Shown here: positions 1 to 10,149 of the stretch, piece by piece | How the letters are laid out: each line of letters starts with the position of its first letter | How positions within the stretch are numbered: the stretch's first letter is position 1 | From: Octopus bimaculoides | Lineage: Eukaryota | Length of the DNA: 36,524 bases | Assembly (NCBI RefSeq): GCF_001194135.2 | Contig: NC_068998.1 | Span: forward strand, 16,062,095 to 16,098,618 | Direction of reading: 5' to 3' | Program-made: the position numbers and the translations under genes | The notes under the pieces: generated by a model | Told to the model about the DNA's origin: nothing | Database searches by the model: none | What the model saw: the letters and a program-made list of their open reading frames with translations, nothing else

Positions 1-52
1 AATAAATATATATATAATTAAGTATATATTTTTGCAATAATATATATTTGTA

Positions 53-85
<33 letters not shown>

Positions 86-89
<4 letters not shown>

Positions 90-292
90 TTGTGTGTCTG
101 TGTTTGTTGCCCCACCGTCACTTGACAACCGATGCTGGTGTGTTTACGTCCCCCGTAACTTAGCAGTTCGGCAAAAAGAGACCGATAGAATAAGTACTAG
201 GCTTACAAAGAATAAGTCCTGGGGTCGATTAGCTCGACAAAAGGCGGTGCTCCAGCATGGCCACAGTCAAATGACTGAAACAAGTAAAAGAG
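86..292 (+). mobile_element. SINE family A (octopus CORE/OR-type tRNA SINE), 3' half
   Basis: CTTGACAACCGATGCTGGTGTGTTTACGTCCCC...AATAAGTACTAGGCTTACAAAGAATAAGTCCTGGGGTCGA...AAATGACTGAAACAAGTAAAAG is near-identical to the copy at about 22925-23110 and to other copies in this window. Confidence 0.85.
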
Positions 293-371
293 TATGTATA
301 TATAATATGTGACAATTATTCGGTTGCCATAATAAAACTCCAAGTTTCGGATGTCGGTGTGGAAATCTGGT

Positions 372-820
372 TTCCTAACTCAGAATGAGTATTAGCTTCA
401 TCACATTGAATTAGAGACAGAGACAATGCATGCAGTGGAAACACCCTTCCTTAACCTACTCCAAAGAAGGCCAAGGTAGTTTCATCAGCATGGAAGGTGA
501 TGGCTTCAGTTTTACGGGATGTAAAAGACCTTGTGTTTACTGATCATGTTCAAAAGCATCACACCATCAATAGACAATACTATGCCAACATGCTGAGGCA
601 GTTAGAAAAGGCTATCAAGACCAAACAACCAGGAAAACTGATGAAAGGGGTTTTGTTTCATTAGGACAATACTCCAGTACATAAATCCTTAGTTTTAATG
701 GCTGCTGTATATGACTGCAGCTTTGAAATGGCTGATCACCCTCCCTATTCTTCTGACCTGGCTCAATCTAACTATCATCTGTTCCCCAATAGGTATAAAC
801 ACTTGGCTGGGAACCAGTAA
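372..820 (+). pseudogene. Mariner (DD34D) transposase catalytic-domain remnant with frameshifts and stops
   Basis: Manual translation gives FLTQNEY*LHHIE..MQWKHPS / PTPKKAKVVSSAWKVMASVLRDVKDLVFTDHVQKHHTINRQYYANMLRQLEKAIKTKQPGKLMKGVLFH*DNTPVHKSLVLMAAVYDCSFEMADHPPYSSDLAQSNYHLFPN. This matches the mariner HQDNAP and HPPYSPDLAPSDY motifs. Confidence 0.9.
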
Positions 821-1211
821 GGTTTTCTGAAAAACTGTGTGTATTAAAATAACTTAAGAACCTGCAACGAATACATAAATTCAAAGAATGAGATTTTTTC
901 TGTATATCTGCATTTCAGGAAACATATTTTGTTGGCATTTAAAGGTAGACCACAGGATACTTAATACCTGGTTTACATCTGCTTGACATTGAATTATTGT
1001 AATGCTGGTTATCTCCCTTATGTTTCTCTTCTTTTCTTCTTTACAAGCGTCTCGTTTTAACGTTATCTACTCAAAAGACAACTGACAAACAGTCTTGTTT
1101 TCAGCTTGATAAATGATGGAATAAATGATCATTGTAATCAGGAAACCCTGGGTAGCTGTATGTATGAGATTTGTGATTTTCTTTTTAAGATTATAAAAAG
1201 TTTTTTTTTTG

Positions 1212-1756
1212 CTTGTTTCAGTCATTAGACTACGGCCATGTTGGGGCACCATCTTGAACATTTGGGTGAATGAATCGACCACAGTACTTATTTTTTAAGC
1301 TTGGTACTTATTTTATCAGTCTCTTTTGCTAAACCACTAAGTTACAGGGATGTAAACACACCAGCACCTGTTGTCAAGTGGTAATGGAGGGGGGACAAAC
1401 ACAGACACAAAGACACACACACATAGCTATATATGTATATATATATATATATATATNNNNNNNNNNNNNNNNNNNNNNNNNNNNNNNNNNNNNNNNNNNN
1501 NNNNNNNNNNNNNNNNNNNNNNNNNNNNNNNNNNNNNNNNNNNNNNNNNNNNNNNNNNNNNNNNNNNNNNNNNNNNNNNNNNNNNNNNNNNNNNNNNNNN
1601 NNNNNNNNNNNNNNNNNNNNNNNNNNNNNNNNNNNNNNNNNNNNNNNNNNNNNNNNNNNNNNTATAGTAGAAGACATTTGCCCAAGGTGCCACACAGTAG
1701 GACTGAACCCAGAACCATGTAGTTGGGAAGCAAGCTTCTTACCACACAGTGACTCC
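1212..1756 (-). mobile_element. SINE family A, full length, interrupted by an assembly gap
   Basis: Reverse complement of the family A tail (1212-1430) and head (1662-1756, CCCAAGGTGCCACACAGTAGGACTGAACCCAGAACCATGT). The gap falls at the internal (TA)n. Confidence 0.85.
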
Positions 1757-1819
1757 ATGTATAAAATATGTGTGTGTGTGTGTGTGTGTGCGTGTGTGTG
1801 TGTGTGTGTGTGTGCGTGC

Positions 1820-1856
<37 letters not shown>

Positions 1857-1884
1857 CACACAGATATCTTCTTCCTTTATCTTT

Positions 1885-2110
1885 AATGTTTGACTTGTAA
1901 AGTCATTGGACTGCAACCATGCTGAGGGACTGCCTCAGACAGTTTTAGTTGAATAAATCACTCCCAGCACTTATTTTTTAAGTCTGGTTACTTACTCTAT
2001 CAGTCTGTTTTGCCAAAAACTACTAAGTTATGGAGATGTAAACAAACCAACACCAGTTATAAAATAGTGGCGGTGGTTGTAGAGCAACAGACATAAACAC
2101 AAAGACATGC
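1885..2110 (-). mobile_element. SINE family A, degenerate 3' half
   Basis: GTCATTGGACTGCAACCATGCTG...ACTAAGTTATGGAGATGTAAACAAACCAACACCAGTT is a reverse-complement match to the family A tail. Confidence 0.75.
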
Positions 2111-2189
2111 ACATAGATAATCTATTCTGCTTGATTACATGTTTTTGGTAGTTTTTCATGGGTAAGTTTTAATCCTATGTTGCAATCAG

Positions 2190-2727
2190 AGATCTTTGAG
2201 TTCTACCATACTTTTTTGAGTTCTGCAGTGCCTTTTTATTTCTTTGAGTTCTTCGGTGCCTATTTGCTTCTTTGAGTTCTGTGGTGCCTCTTTGCTGTGA
2301 GTTCTGTTGTTCCTCTTTATTTCTTTGAGTTCTGTGGTGCCTATTTGCTTCTTTGAATTCTGTGGTGCCTCTTTGTTTCTTTGAATTCTGTGGTACCTTT
2401 TGATTTCTTTAAGTTCTGTGGTGCCTCTTTGCTTCTTTGAGTTCTGTGGTACCTTTTGATTTCTTTGAGTTCTGTGGTGCCTCTTTGCTTCTTTGAGTTC
2501 TGTGGTACCTTTTGATTTCTTTGAGTTCTGTGGTGCCTATTTGCTTCTTTGAATTCTGTGGTACCTTTTGATTTCTTTGAGTTCTGTGGTGCCTCTTTGC
2601 TTCTTTGAATTCTGTGGTACATTTTGATTTCTTTGAGTTCTGTGGCGCCTCTTTGCTGTAAGTTCTGTGGTGCCTATTTGCTTCTTTGAATTCTGTGGTA
2701 CCTCTTTATTTCTTTGAGTTCTGCACT
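2190..2727. repeat. 28-bp minisatellite (about 18 units) with an alternating A/B 56-bp higher-order pattern
   Basis: TTCTTTGAGTTCTGTGGTGCCTCTTTGC alternates with TTCTTTGAGTTCTGTGGTACCTTTTGAT. Units degenerate towards the edges. Confidence 0.95.
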
Positions 2728-3380
2728 ACTTCGAGTTTCATGCATTTCAGTTGTAAATTTTCCTCATCTACCTCCACCATTTTCCAGGTATTATGTATAG
2801 GGAACAGTTGGCCTTTCTTGTCATTACTCTATCTTGACCTTCAACACCAGTTTTATCTCAGATGTTAGTCTTTTCTCGGTTTCTCCTATTTCTTCTTTCT
2901 CTTTATAACTCTTTCCCATTTCAGCTCCACTTTATTTTTGTTTGCTTCTTTGAGGATACAAAGCATTTTTTGATTTGTTAGTGCTTCATGGCTATTTACA
3001 TTAACTTTACCAAACATCTTTGTAGTCCTCTCGTAGATACTTTATAATGGTTTCTACTTGTATTTGTCATAAATATAATCTTTCTATATCAGATTTTGGG
3101 TGGTGTATTCTATATACAGCCATTATTTTCCTTGTTTTCCTATCTTGTCTTGTTAGTTTGTATAGCATTGAAATGAGTACATTATAACTTCAATGTGTTA
3201 CTGGAACAGCTAAAGTATTGATGCCTATGACCTTATTTTTTGCATTTAGTTCTGTTTGCAGTATTAATCTAATGCATCTATAATATTTCTTCCTGATCTT
3301 TTTCTTCATTTGTGTGCATGCATTGTACACTGTCTAGTTCATTGATTTCTGGATATTTATGACTGTTTTTGGTCTAGTTC
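2728..3380 (-). mobile_element. Dong/R4-type non-LTR retrotransposon remnant (region C-terminal to RT)
   Basis: Minus-strand translation MKKKIRKKYYRCIRLILQTELNAKNKVIGINTLAVPVTH*SYN...DRKTRKIMAVYRIHHPKSDIERLYL matches the LNxKNKxxAINTxAVP...DRKTRK...HHPKADxxRLY signature of R4/Dong-like LINEs. Confidence 0.8.
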
Positions 3381-3502
3381 TCTTATCTCAGTTTCTTTAT
3401 CTAGCATAATATAATAGATTATAATTTATTTTCCTCTCTCTAAGGTTGCCTTGGTGCATTTTTTCTTCTAATCTGAATTTCATATGATTTTCTCTTGTAT
3501 AA

Positions 3503-3656
3503 TCCTCCTCCTCCTTCTCCTCCTCCTCCTTCTCCTCCTCCTCCTTGTCATTGCCATCATCAACATCATCATCATCATCATCATCACCACCACCACCACC
3601 ACCATTGTCATCATCATCATCTCCATCATCGTTGTCATCATCATCATCATCATCAA
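3503..3656. repeat. Compound trinucleotide microsatellite (CCT)n(CAT)n(CAC)n
   Basis: Seen directly. It explains the poly-D/H/L/I ORFs in the track. Confidence 0.95.
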
Positions 3657-3662
3657 GACAGC

Positions 3663-3754
3663 AAGATGGCAGAATCATTAGTGCACTGGACAAAATGCTT
3701 AAGGGGCATTTCATTTGTATTTAAGCTCTGAGTTCAAATTCCGCCAAGGTCAAC
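3663..3754 (+). mobile_element. SINE family B (tRNA head with Deu/Nin-like body), 5' fragment
   Basis: A-box TGGCAGAATCATTAG and B-box GAGTTCAAATTCC, then CGCCAAGGTCAAC. Truncated where the telomeric repeat starts. Confidence 0.75.
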
Positions 3755-3780
3755 TAACCCTAACCCTAACCCTAACCCTA
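3755..3780. repeat. Interstitial telomere-type repeat (TAACCC)4
   Basis: TAACCCTAACCCTAACCCTAACCCTA is the reverse complement of (TTAGGG)n. Confidence 0.9.
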
Positions 3781-3820
3781 GGCTCCAGATTTGAGTTACC
3801 TCTATTATTATTATTGTGAT

Positions 3821-4188
3821 TATTAACTCTGCCTTCGCTAAGGCAGTGGTGTTGTTTTCAGTCGTGTTTATTTGTTTGACTGTGGACAAGATATCTCAAG
3901 AACCGCAGAATGGATTTGGATGAAACTGTCAGGGATGTTTGGCCTCATGATTGGCACAAACTGATTAGATTTTGGGATCAATCTGGTACTGGTCAAGGAT
4001 TCTGGATTATTTTTCCAGTTTTTTTACTTAACTTTTGAGAGCGTTCAAGTTCATTTTTAGCATTCTTGTTTGTGAGAGTAGTCAAGATTATTTCAGATAT
4101 TCTCATTTTAAAAATCATCTCTGGCTAATCATTGAGAGGACGTTGGTGTTCCCTTGGCAGAGGTTTGTGCTCTCTGAGTGCCCTTGTT
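3821..4188 (+). mobile_element. Non-autonomous Helentron-type element (HINE/DINE-1-like)
   Basis: 5' subTIR CTCTGCC (3827-3833) lies in the hairpin CTGCCTT-cgct-AAGGCAG. 3' subTIR GGCAGAG (4156-4162) is followed by the stem-loop GTGCTC-tct-GAGTGC and ends in CTTGTT. The body (GTTTGACTGTGGACAAGATATCTCAAGAAC...GGATTTGGATGAAACT) is typical of this class. Confidence 0.75.
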
Positions 4189-4557
4189 ATTATTATTATT
4201 ATTAATGGCAAATCGTTTGAGTGTCAGACAAAATAATTTGCAATATTTCTCCTAACTTTTTATGCTCTAAGTTCAAATTTCACCAAGATCAGCTTTGCTG
4301 TCTTCTCTGCTACACTTCTTGATAGGATGGCCTTGTGCCTATTAGAGAAAGAAAGACTTATTAATTTCAGTTGGGTGGAAATCAATAGTTGGATGGTCAT
4401 GGCCTGCTAACTTCTACTGAGCTAAGGTTCAATTCTTTATTTCAAGTATTTGCTCCAATTAGACAGTCTCTGTAATAATATCATCCTCTTCTATAGTTTG
4501 GTGACTTATAAAACTTATGTCTCATGCTTACAAGACATATATATATGTCTTCTTCAT

Positions 4558-4960
4558 TGGACACGAAACTCAGCTTGCAAAGACTTATTGGGGCAAGCGA
4601 ATAGCGAAATCGGGATAGCACCTGTGCCCAGCGTCGTCTTTCTGGCACTTGTGCCCGTGACATGTGTAAGGATTTTCGAGCAAGATCGTTGCCAGTGCCC
4701 CTGGACTGGCTCTTGTGCGGGTGGCACATAAAATACACCATTTTGAGCGTGGACGTTGCCAGTACCGCCTGACTGGCTCTTGTGTGGGTGGCACATAAAA
4801 TACCCCATTTTGAGCATGGCCGTTGCCAGTACCGCCTGACTGGCCTTCGTGCGGGTGACACGTAAAAGCACCCACTACACTCTCTGAGTGGTTGGCGTTA
4901 GGAAGGGCATCCAGCTGTAGAAACGCTGCCAAATCAGATTGGAGGTTGGTGTTGCCATTC
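4558..4960 (+). mobile_element. Ceph-type SINE with four internal 67-bp tandem units
   Basis: Units start at about 4620, 4687, 4754 and 4821, followed by GAGTGGTTGGCGTTAGGAAGGGCATCCAGCTGTAGAAAC (RTE 5'UTR-related Ceph-like domain, from recall). Confidence 0.75.
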
Positions 4961-5561
4961 NNNNNNNNNNNNNNNNNNNNNNNNNNNNNNNNNNNNNNNN
5001 NNNNNNNNNNNNNNNNNNNNNNNNNNNNNNNNNNNNNNNNNNNNNNNNNNNNNNNNNNNNNNNNNNNNNNNNNNNNNNNNNNNNNNNNNNNNNNNNNNNN
5101 NNNNNNNNNNNNNNNNNNNNNNNNNNNNNNNNNNNNNNNNNNNNNNNNNNNNNNNNNNNNNNNNNNNNNNNNNNNNNNNNNNNNNNNNNNNNNNNNNNNN
5201 NNNNNNNNNNNNNNNNNNNNNNNNNNNNNNNNNNNNNNNNNNNNNNNNNNNNNNNNNNNNNNNNNNNNNNNNNNNNNNNNNNNNNNNNNNNNNNNNNNNN
5301 NNNNNNNNNNNNNNNNNNNNNNNNNNNNNNNNNNNNNNNNNNNNNNNNNNNNNNNNNNNNNNNNNNNNNNNNNNNNNNNNNNNNNNNNNNNNNNNNNNNN
5401 NNNNNNNNNNNNNNNNNNNNNNNNNNNNNNNNNNNNNNNNNNNNNNNNNNNNNNNNNNNNNNNNNNNNNNNNNNNNNNNNNNNNNNNNNNNNNNNNNNNN
5501 NNNNNNNNNNNNNNNNNNNNNNNNNNNNNNNNNNNNNNNNNNNNNNNNNNNNNNNNNNNNN

Positions 5562-5708
5562 NGAGTGGTTGGCGTTAGGAAGGGCATCCAGCTGTAGAAA
5601 CTCTGCCAAATCAGGTGTAGCCATCCGGTTTCACCAGTCCTCAGTCAAATCGTCCAACCCATGCTAGCATGGAAAGCGGACGTTAAATGATGTTGATGAT
5701 GATGATGA
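5562..5708 (+). mobile_element. Ceph-type SINE 3' end with RTE-like tail and (GAT)n terminus
   Basis: GAGTGGTTGGCGTTAGGAAGGGCATCC...CCAACCCATGCTAGCATGGAAAGCGGACGTTAAATGATGTTGATGATGATG. Confidence 0.75.
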
Positions 5709-5803
5709 TATGTATATATATATATATATATGCTAATGTGTTTTGCCTCTGTTTCAACCTAAAGAAATTATTTCATAGACCTGTTTGTTCTTTCTGTTGA
5801 CAG

Positions 5804-5895
5804 CATAAAGATACTAGTTATCTTCTACCAAAACCTGATAATGAGGAAATAGTATTTCCATGTTATGGCATTGATGATTATGAAACATGGGGAGA
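5804..5895 (+). CDS. Candidate internal coding exon of an unidentified host gene (phase 0 to 2)
   Basis: Strong acceptor TTGTTCTTTCTGTTGACAG| and consensus donor |GTAAGT. The open frame reads HKDTSYLLPKPDNEEIVFPCYGIDDYETWG(E), in non-repetitive sequence. Confidence 0.65.
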
Positions 5896-6540
5896 GTAAG
5901 TATCATACATTATACATACATACATACATACATACATACATACATACATACATACATACATACATGTATACATATGTGTGTGTGTGTATATATATATATA
6001 TANNNNNNNNNNNNNNNNNNNNNNNNNNNNNNNNNNNNNNNNNNNNNNNNNNNNNNNNNNNNNNNNNNNNNNNNNNNNNNNNNNNNNNNNNNNNNNNNNN
6101 NNNNNNNNNNNNNNNNNNNNNNNNNNNNNNNNNNNNNNNNNNNNNNNNNNNNNNNNNNNNNNNNNNNNNNNNNNNNNNNNNNNNNNNNNNNNNNNNNNNN
6201 NNNNNNNNNNNNNNNNNNNNNNNNNNNNNNNNNNNNNNNNNNNNNNNNNNNNNNNNNNNNNNNNNNNNNNNNNNNNNNNNNNNNNNNNNNNNNNNNNNNN
6301 NNNNNNNNNNNNNNNNNNNNNNNNNNNNNNNNNNNNNNNNNNNNNNNNNNNNNNNNNNNNNNNNNNNNNNNNNNNNNNNNNNNNNNNNNNNNNNNNNNNN
6401 NNNNNNNNNNNNNNNNNNNNTTTAGCATTAAACTACTACAATGCTTGTTAAAATCTGTACCTCTCGTATGTGCTGTCTTCTTTTTGTGGTCATTGCCTTC
6501 TTAACATGTGTGTGTGTGTGTGTGTGCGTGTGAAAAGTTG

Positions 6541-6780
6541 TGAACTGGTAGAGTCGTTAACGACTCTACCAGTTCACCAAAATGTTTTGGCAAAATGTTT
6601 TGGGCAAAATGTTTTGTGGTATTTCGTTTGTCTTTACATCCCGAGTTCAAATTCCACCAAGATCGATTTTGCCTTTCATTCTTTTGGGGTTGCTAAAATA
6701 AGTACCACTTGAACTCTGGGAATGATGTAATCGACTTACCCCCACCTCCGAAACAGCTAGCCTTGTGCCAAAGATTTCAA
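6541..6780 (+). mobile_element. SINE family B with a short internal CAAAATGTTTTG triplication
   Basis: B-box GAGTTCAAATTCC, then GCCTTTCATTCTTTTGGGGTTGCTAAAATAAGTACC and the tail CCTTGTGCCAAA. Confidence 0.8.
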
Positions 6781-7098
6781 GATTTGAAGGTTCCTGCCTT
6801 CAATGAAATTTAAACAACATCCATTAGACACTGTCAACAAAAGTATGTGTGTAGCCTCAGCTCTTTGCATTCTTTGTTCAAATCCCACAACAGTCAATCT
6901 TGCCTTTCATCCTTCAAGAGTTAATTAAACTAATTATCAGTGAAGTACAAGAGTTATTATGATCGACCATATCACATTCACAAATTTTGAAACGTGTTTA
7001 TATTACAAAACATTATTACTGCGTAAATTATCGAAATAGCTCATAATTTTATAAATAAAAATAAAATAAAGTAATAAATAAACAGATAAGTACATATA

Positions 7099-7248
7099 GG
7101 CGCAGGCATGGCTGTAAGGTTAAGAAACCATGTGGTTCCGGGTACAGGTCCACTGAGCAGCATCTTGGGCAAGTATCTTCTACTATAGCCTTAGGCTGAC
7201 CAAAGTGTTGTGAGTGGATTTGATAGACAGAAAGTGAAAGAAAACTGG

Positions 7249-7312
<64 letters not shown>

Positions 7313-7525
7313 TTTGTGTTAGTGTCTGTCCCCACCCCAACACCGTTTGACAACGGTAATGGTGTGTTTATGTCCCCAAAATCCTAGCGGTTCGGCAAAG
7401 AAGACTGACAGAATAATTACCAGGTTTAACAAAATTAAGTACTGGGGTCGATTAATTCGACTAAAAGAATTCGTCAAGGTGGTGCTCCAGCTTGACCACA
7501 GTCTAATGACAGAAGCAAATTAAAA
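7099..7525 (+). mobile_element. SINE family A, full length
   Basis: Head GGCGCAGGCATGGCTG, CORE-like TCTTGGGCAAGTATCTTCTACTATAGCC, internal (TA)n(TG)n and the family A tail. Confidence 0.85.
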
Positions 7526-7547
7526 TAACATTATAATAAATAACTAT

Positions 7548-8105
7548 AGGTGCAGATATGAGTGTATGGTCTAAAAGCTCCCTTTGCAACCACACAGTTC
7601 CAGGTTCAGGCCCACTGAGCGGCATCTTGAGCAAGTATCTTCTACCATAGCCTCGGGCCAATCAACGTTGCTCCAGTTCACTCAGCTGGCAAAAATGAGT
7701 AGTACCTGTATTTTAAAGAGCCAGCCTTGTCATATTCTGGGTCACGCCGAATCTCCTTGAGAACTACGTAAAGGGTGCGTGTGTTTGTGGAGTGCTCAAC
7801 TATTTGCTCGTTAATTTCGCGAGCAGGCTGTTCAGTTCATCGGATCTACTGAGGACCCTCGTCGTCGTAACCGATGAAGTGTCAGTGTGTGTATTTGTGT
7901 TTGGACTCTTTGACAACCGACGTCGGTGTATGTCCTTATAACTTAGCATTTGGCAAAACGAGCCTGATAGAATAAGTACCAGACTGTAAAAAAAAAAAAA
8001 AAAAAAAAATGTACAATGACGTCAATATCTTCGACTAAACTCCACCAAAGACGGTGCTCCAGCATAGCCGCAATTTAATGACTGAAACAAATAAAAATAA
8101 AAAAA
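7548..8105 (+). mobile_element. Composite SINE: family A head, family C body (about 7665-7890), family A tail
   Basis: The A head ends at CCTCGGGCCAATC. The C body ends ...GAGCAGGCTGTTCAG...ACCCTCGTCGTCGTAACCGATG, homologous to 28170-28225 on the minus strand. The A tail resumes at about 7895. Confidence 0.7.
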
Positions 8106-8669
8106 AGATAAAAGTTAAACAATTAATTTTTTTCCCGCTCCATCGTTATTTCCCCTTTAATTAAAAAAAATTCTCATCTAATTTATTAATTTCACATAAA
8201 TTTTGACATACGTCAAATTTCATAAAAATTATTTCTGACCTTNNNNNNNNNNNNNNNNNNNNNNNNNNNNNNNNNNNNNNNNNNNNNNNNNNNNNNNNNN
8301 NNNNNNNNNNNNNNNNNNNNNNNNNNNNNNNNNNNNNNNNNNNNNNNNNNNNNNNNNNNNNNNNNNNNNNNNNNNNNNNNNNNNNNNNNNNNNNNNNNNN
8401 NNNNNNNNNNNNNNNNNNNNNNNNNNNNNNNNNNNNNNNNNNNNNNNNNNNTTGCTTGCCTTTATTATTTTCTAGTATCATTTAGTGTAAAGGATGGAAA
8501 AAAACCCTTTGTACGTTGGACAAAATGCTCAACGACATTTTTTCCAGCAGGATAACACACGCCTTCTCCCCCCCTCCTCCTCCTACTGCTGCTGCTGCTG
8601 CTGCCGCTGCTGCTGCCGCTGCTGCCGCTGCTGCCGCTACTTCTACTACTACTACTACTACTACTAATA

Positions 8670-8827
8670 TCATCAGTAATGGATTTGTACTTTATTTTAC
8701 CGATCTCGAAACGATGAAAGGCAAAGTTGACTTTGGTAAGTTTTGAGCAATTCATGTAAAAAAGCCAGAATAGATGTCACAACGCATTTTATCCGACGTG
8801 TTAACGATTCTGGCGGCTCACTGCCTT
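8670..8827 (-). mobile_element. SINE family B, degenerate
   Basis: GATGAAAGGCAAAGTTGACTTTGG...TTAACGATTCTGGCGGCTCACTGCCTT is the reverse complement of the family B head and body. Confidence 0.7.
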
Positions 8828-9154
8828 AAATCAGATATGAATCAAAAGAAAAGCACATACGAGCAAAAAACTAATATCAAATATAGTACACATGTTAAAT
8901 GACTCCTAGCATCGTAATTCATTTTTATAACTATAAAATGGATTGTGCATGTAATTAAAAGATCCAGCGCTTTGTTGCACATGATCTCACTACCGGCGTA
9001 TAAAACGAGCTTTGTTTTTGCTTTTAAATGTATCAAAAACAATTGCACGGCGTCTAATGCAGCCTTAATAAGGATGGGAGAACTAGTGTAGTGACGTAGT
9101 CCAGGGAGCCAAATGACCATAAGTCCACAAAGTATAACTGTTATTGGTAATAAA

Positions 9155-9580
9155 ATATTGTTCTCAAATATTGGCACAAGACCAACAATTTCGAGAATTG
9201 GGCTAAGTCGATTACATCGATTCCCAGTACTCAACTGGTACTATTTTATCAACCCCGAAATGATGAAAGGCAAAGTCAACTTTGGCGACATGTGAACTCA
9301 GAACGCAAAGACGAACGAAAGCATTTTGTCCGGCGCGCTAACCATTCTGTTGTAAAAAAAAAAAAAATGGTGGTGAGCTGGCAGAATCGTTTGCATGCCG
9401 GGCAAAATGATTAGCAGCATTTCGTCCGTTGTTCTGAGTTCAAATGCCGCTGGAGTAGAATCTGCCTTCCATCCTTTCGGGGGTTAATAAAATAAGTAGC
9501 AATTAAACACTGGGGTCGATGTAATCGACTAGTCCCCGCCTTCAAGATTGCAGGCCTTGTGCCTATATAAAACACGGATA
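9155..9580. mobile_element. Two divergently oriented family B SINEs (9155-9350 minus, 9368-9580 plus)
   Basis: Both carry a B-box (TGAGTTCA) and the GCCTTTCAT/GGGGTCGATGTAATCGACT body. They sit head-to-head around an A-run. Confidence 0.8.
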
Positions 9581-9619
9581 ATTTTTGTTGTAAGCTTTGT
9601 ATCATATTCTTCCATAAGC

Positions 9620-10075
9620 ATTTTCCCTTAGACTTCTGTTGTTGCCTTGTATGTTCAGTTAGGAACGAAATATTTTTTTTTTTTGCTACTTCGGCATATT
9701 TATTATTGCATTCTTTAACTCCATGTTGGAAATTAGTTTTCCTTTATCTCAATTTTGTAATTCTGTATTCCATACTTTGGCGCATAATATTAGAAGCAGT
9801 ATGAATAATGTATATATATGATTTATTAGCTATATATCTAGCTAATCGCCTTCGTCTTGTGAGACATGTCCAATTATATTTGTCAGCTAATCTTATATCT
9901 GAGTATATTTTCTTCTCAGTAGGTTAATTTTGGTTCTTATATTCTGATTTCTGTATCATCTGACAAGACATTTAAATATTAATCAAATGCGATGAGCTTG
10001 TTGTCAATGTATACTTTAGGTGATTCCAGTATTGTTTTATTTTAATATACACTATTCTTTGCAGCATTGATGATT
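9620..10075 (-). mobile_element. Possible highly decayed RTE-like LINE 3' end
   Basis: The minus strand is A-rich and gives the peptides DNKLIAFD and WTCLTRRRRLARY, reminiscent of RTE C-terminal KLxAFD...RRLRWxGH. Weak match. Confidence 0.35.
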
Positions 10076-10149
10076 AACGTGTATGTTTTTGTATATATAT
10101 ATATATATATGTTTTTAACTGATTAGTTTGTGTTGTTAGTGCCGTCATT

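Noticed and set aside
919-1157. Acceptor/donor pairs at 919-944, 1048 and 1105-1157
   Set aside because: The phases could not be chained to the better exons without stops, and part of the region resembles a repeat end.
2117-2167. Perfect donor CATGG|GTAAGT
   Set aside because: All three frames from the nearest plausible acceptor contain stops, and the upstream sequence is a SINE.
2341-2622. 93-aa K/R-rich repetitive ORF
   Set aside because: It is a stop-free by-product of the 28-bp minisatellite rotating through frames.
4620-4875. Regularly spaced 67-bp repeats as a CRISPR-like array
   Set aside because: Whole units are repeated with no unique spacers, there are no cas genes, and the context is a eukaryotic SINE.
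4882-5612. Same SINE segment on both sides of the 601-N gap
   Set aside because: The copies differ slightly, so they may be two haplotypes or two adjacent SINEs. This cannot be resolved and is not a CRISPR- or LTR-like structure.
8110-8165. CCCCT|TTAA end resembling a Kolobok/piggyBac terminus
   Set aside because: No partner TIR is visible, and the flanks are a SINE and a gap.
8475-8510. Strong acceptor with short open frame SFSVKDGKKPF
   Set aside because: The downstream sequence matches decayed family B SINE motifs, so it is probably repeat-derived.
8842-9234. 130-aa minus-strand ORF
   Set aside because: Its start lies in a SINE, it has no recognisable motif and no clear acceptor. A TGACGT/TATAAAA pair on the + strand nearby is too common to call a promoter.
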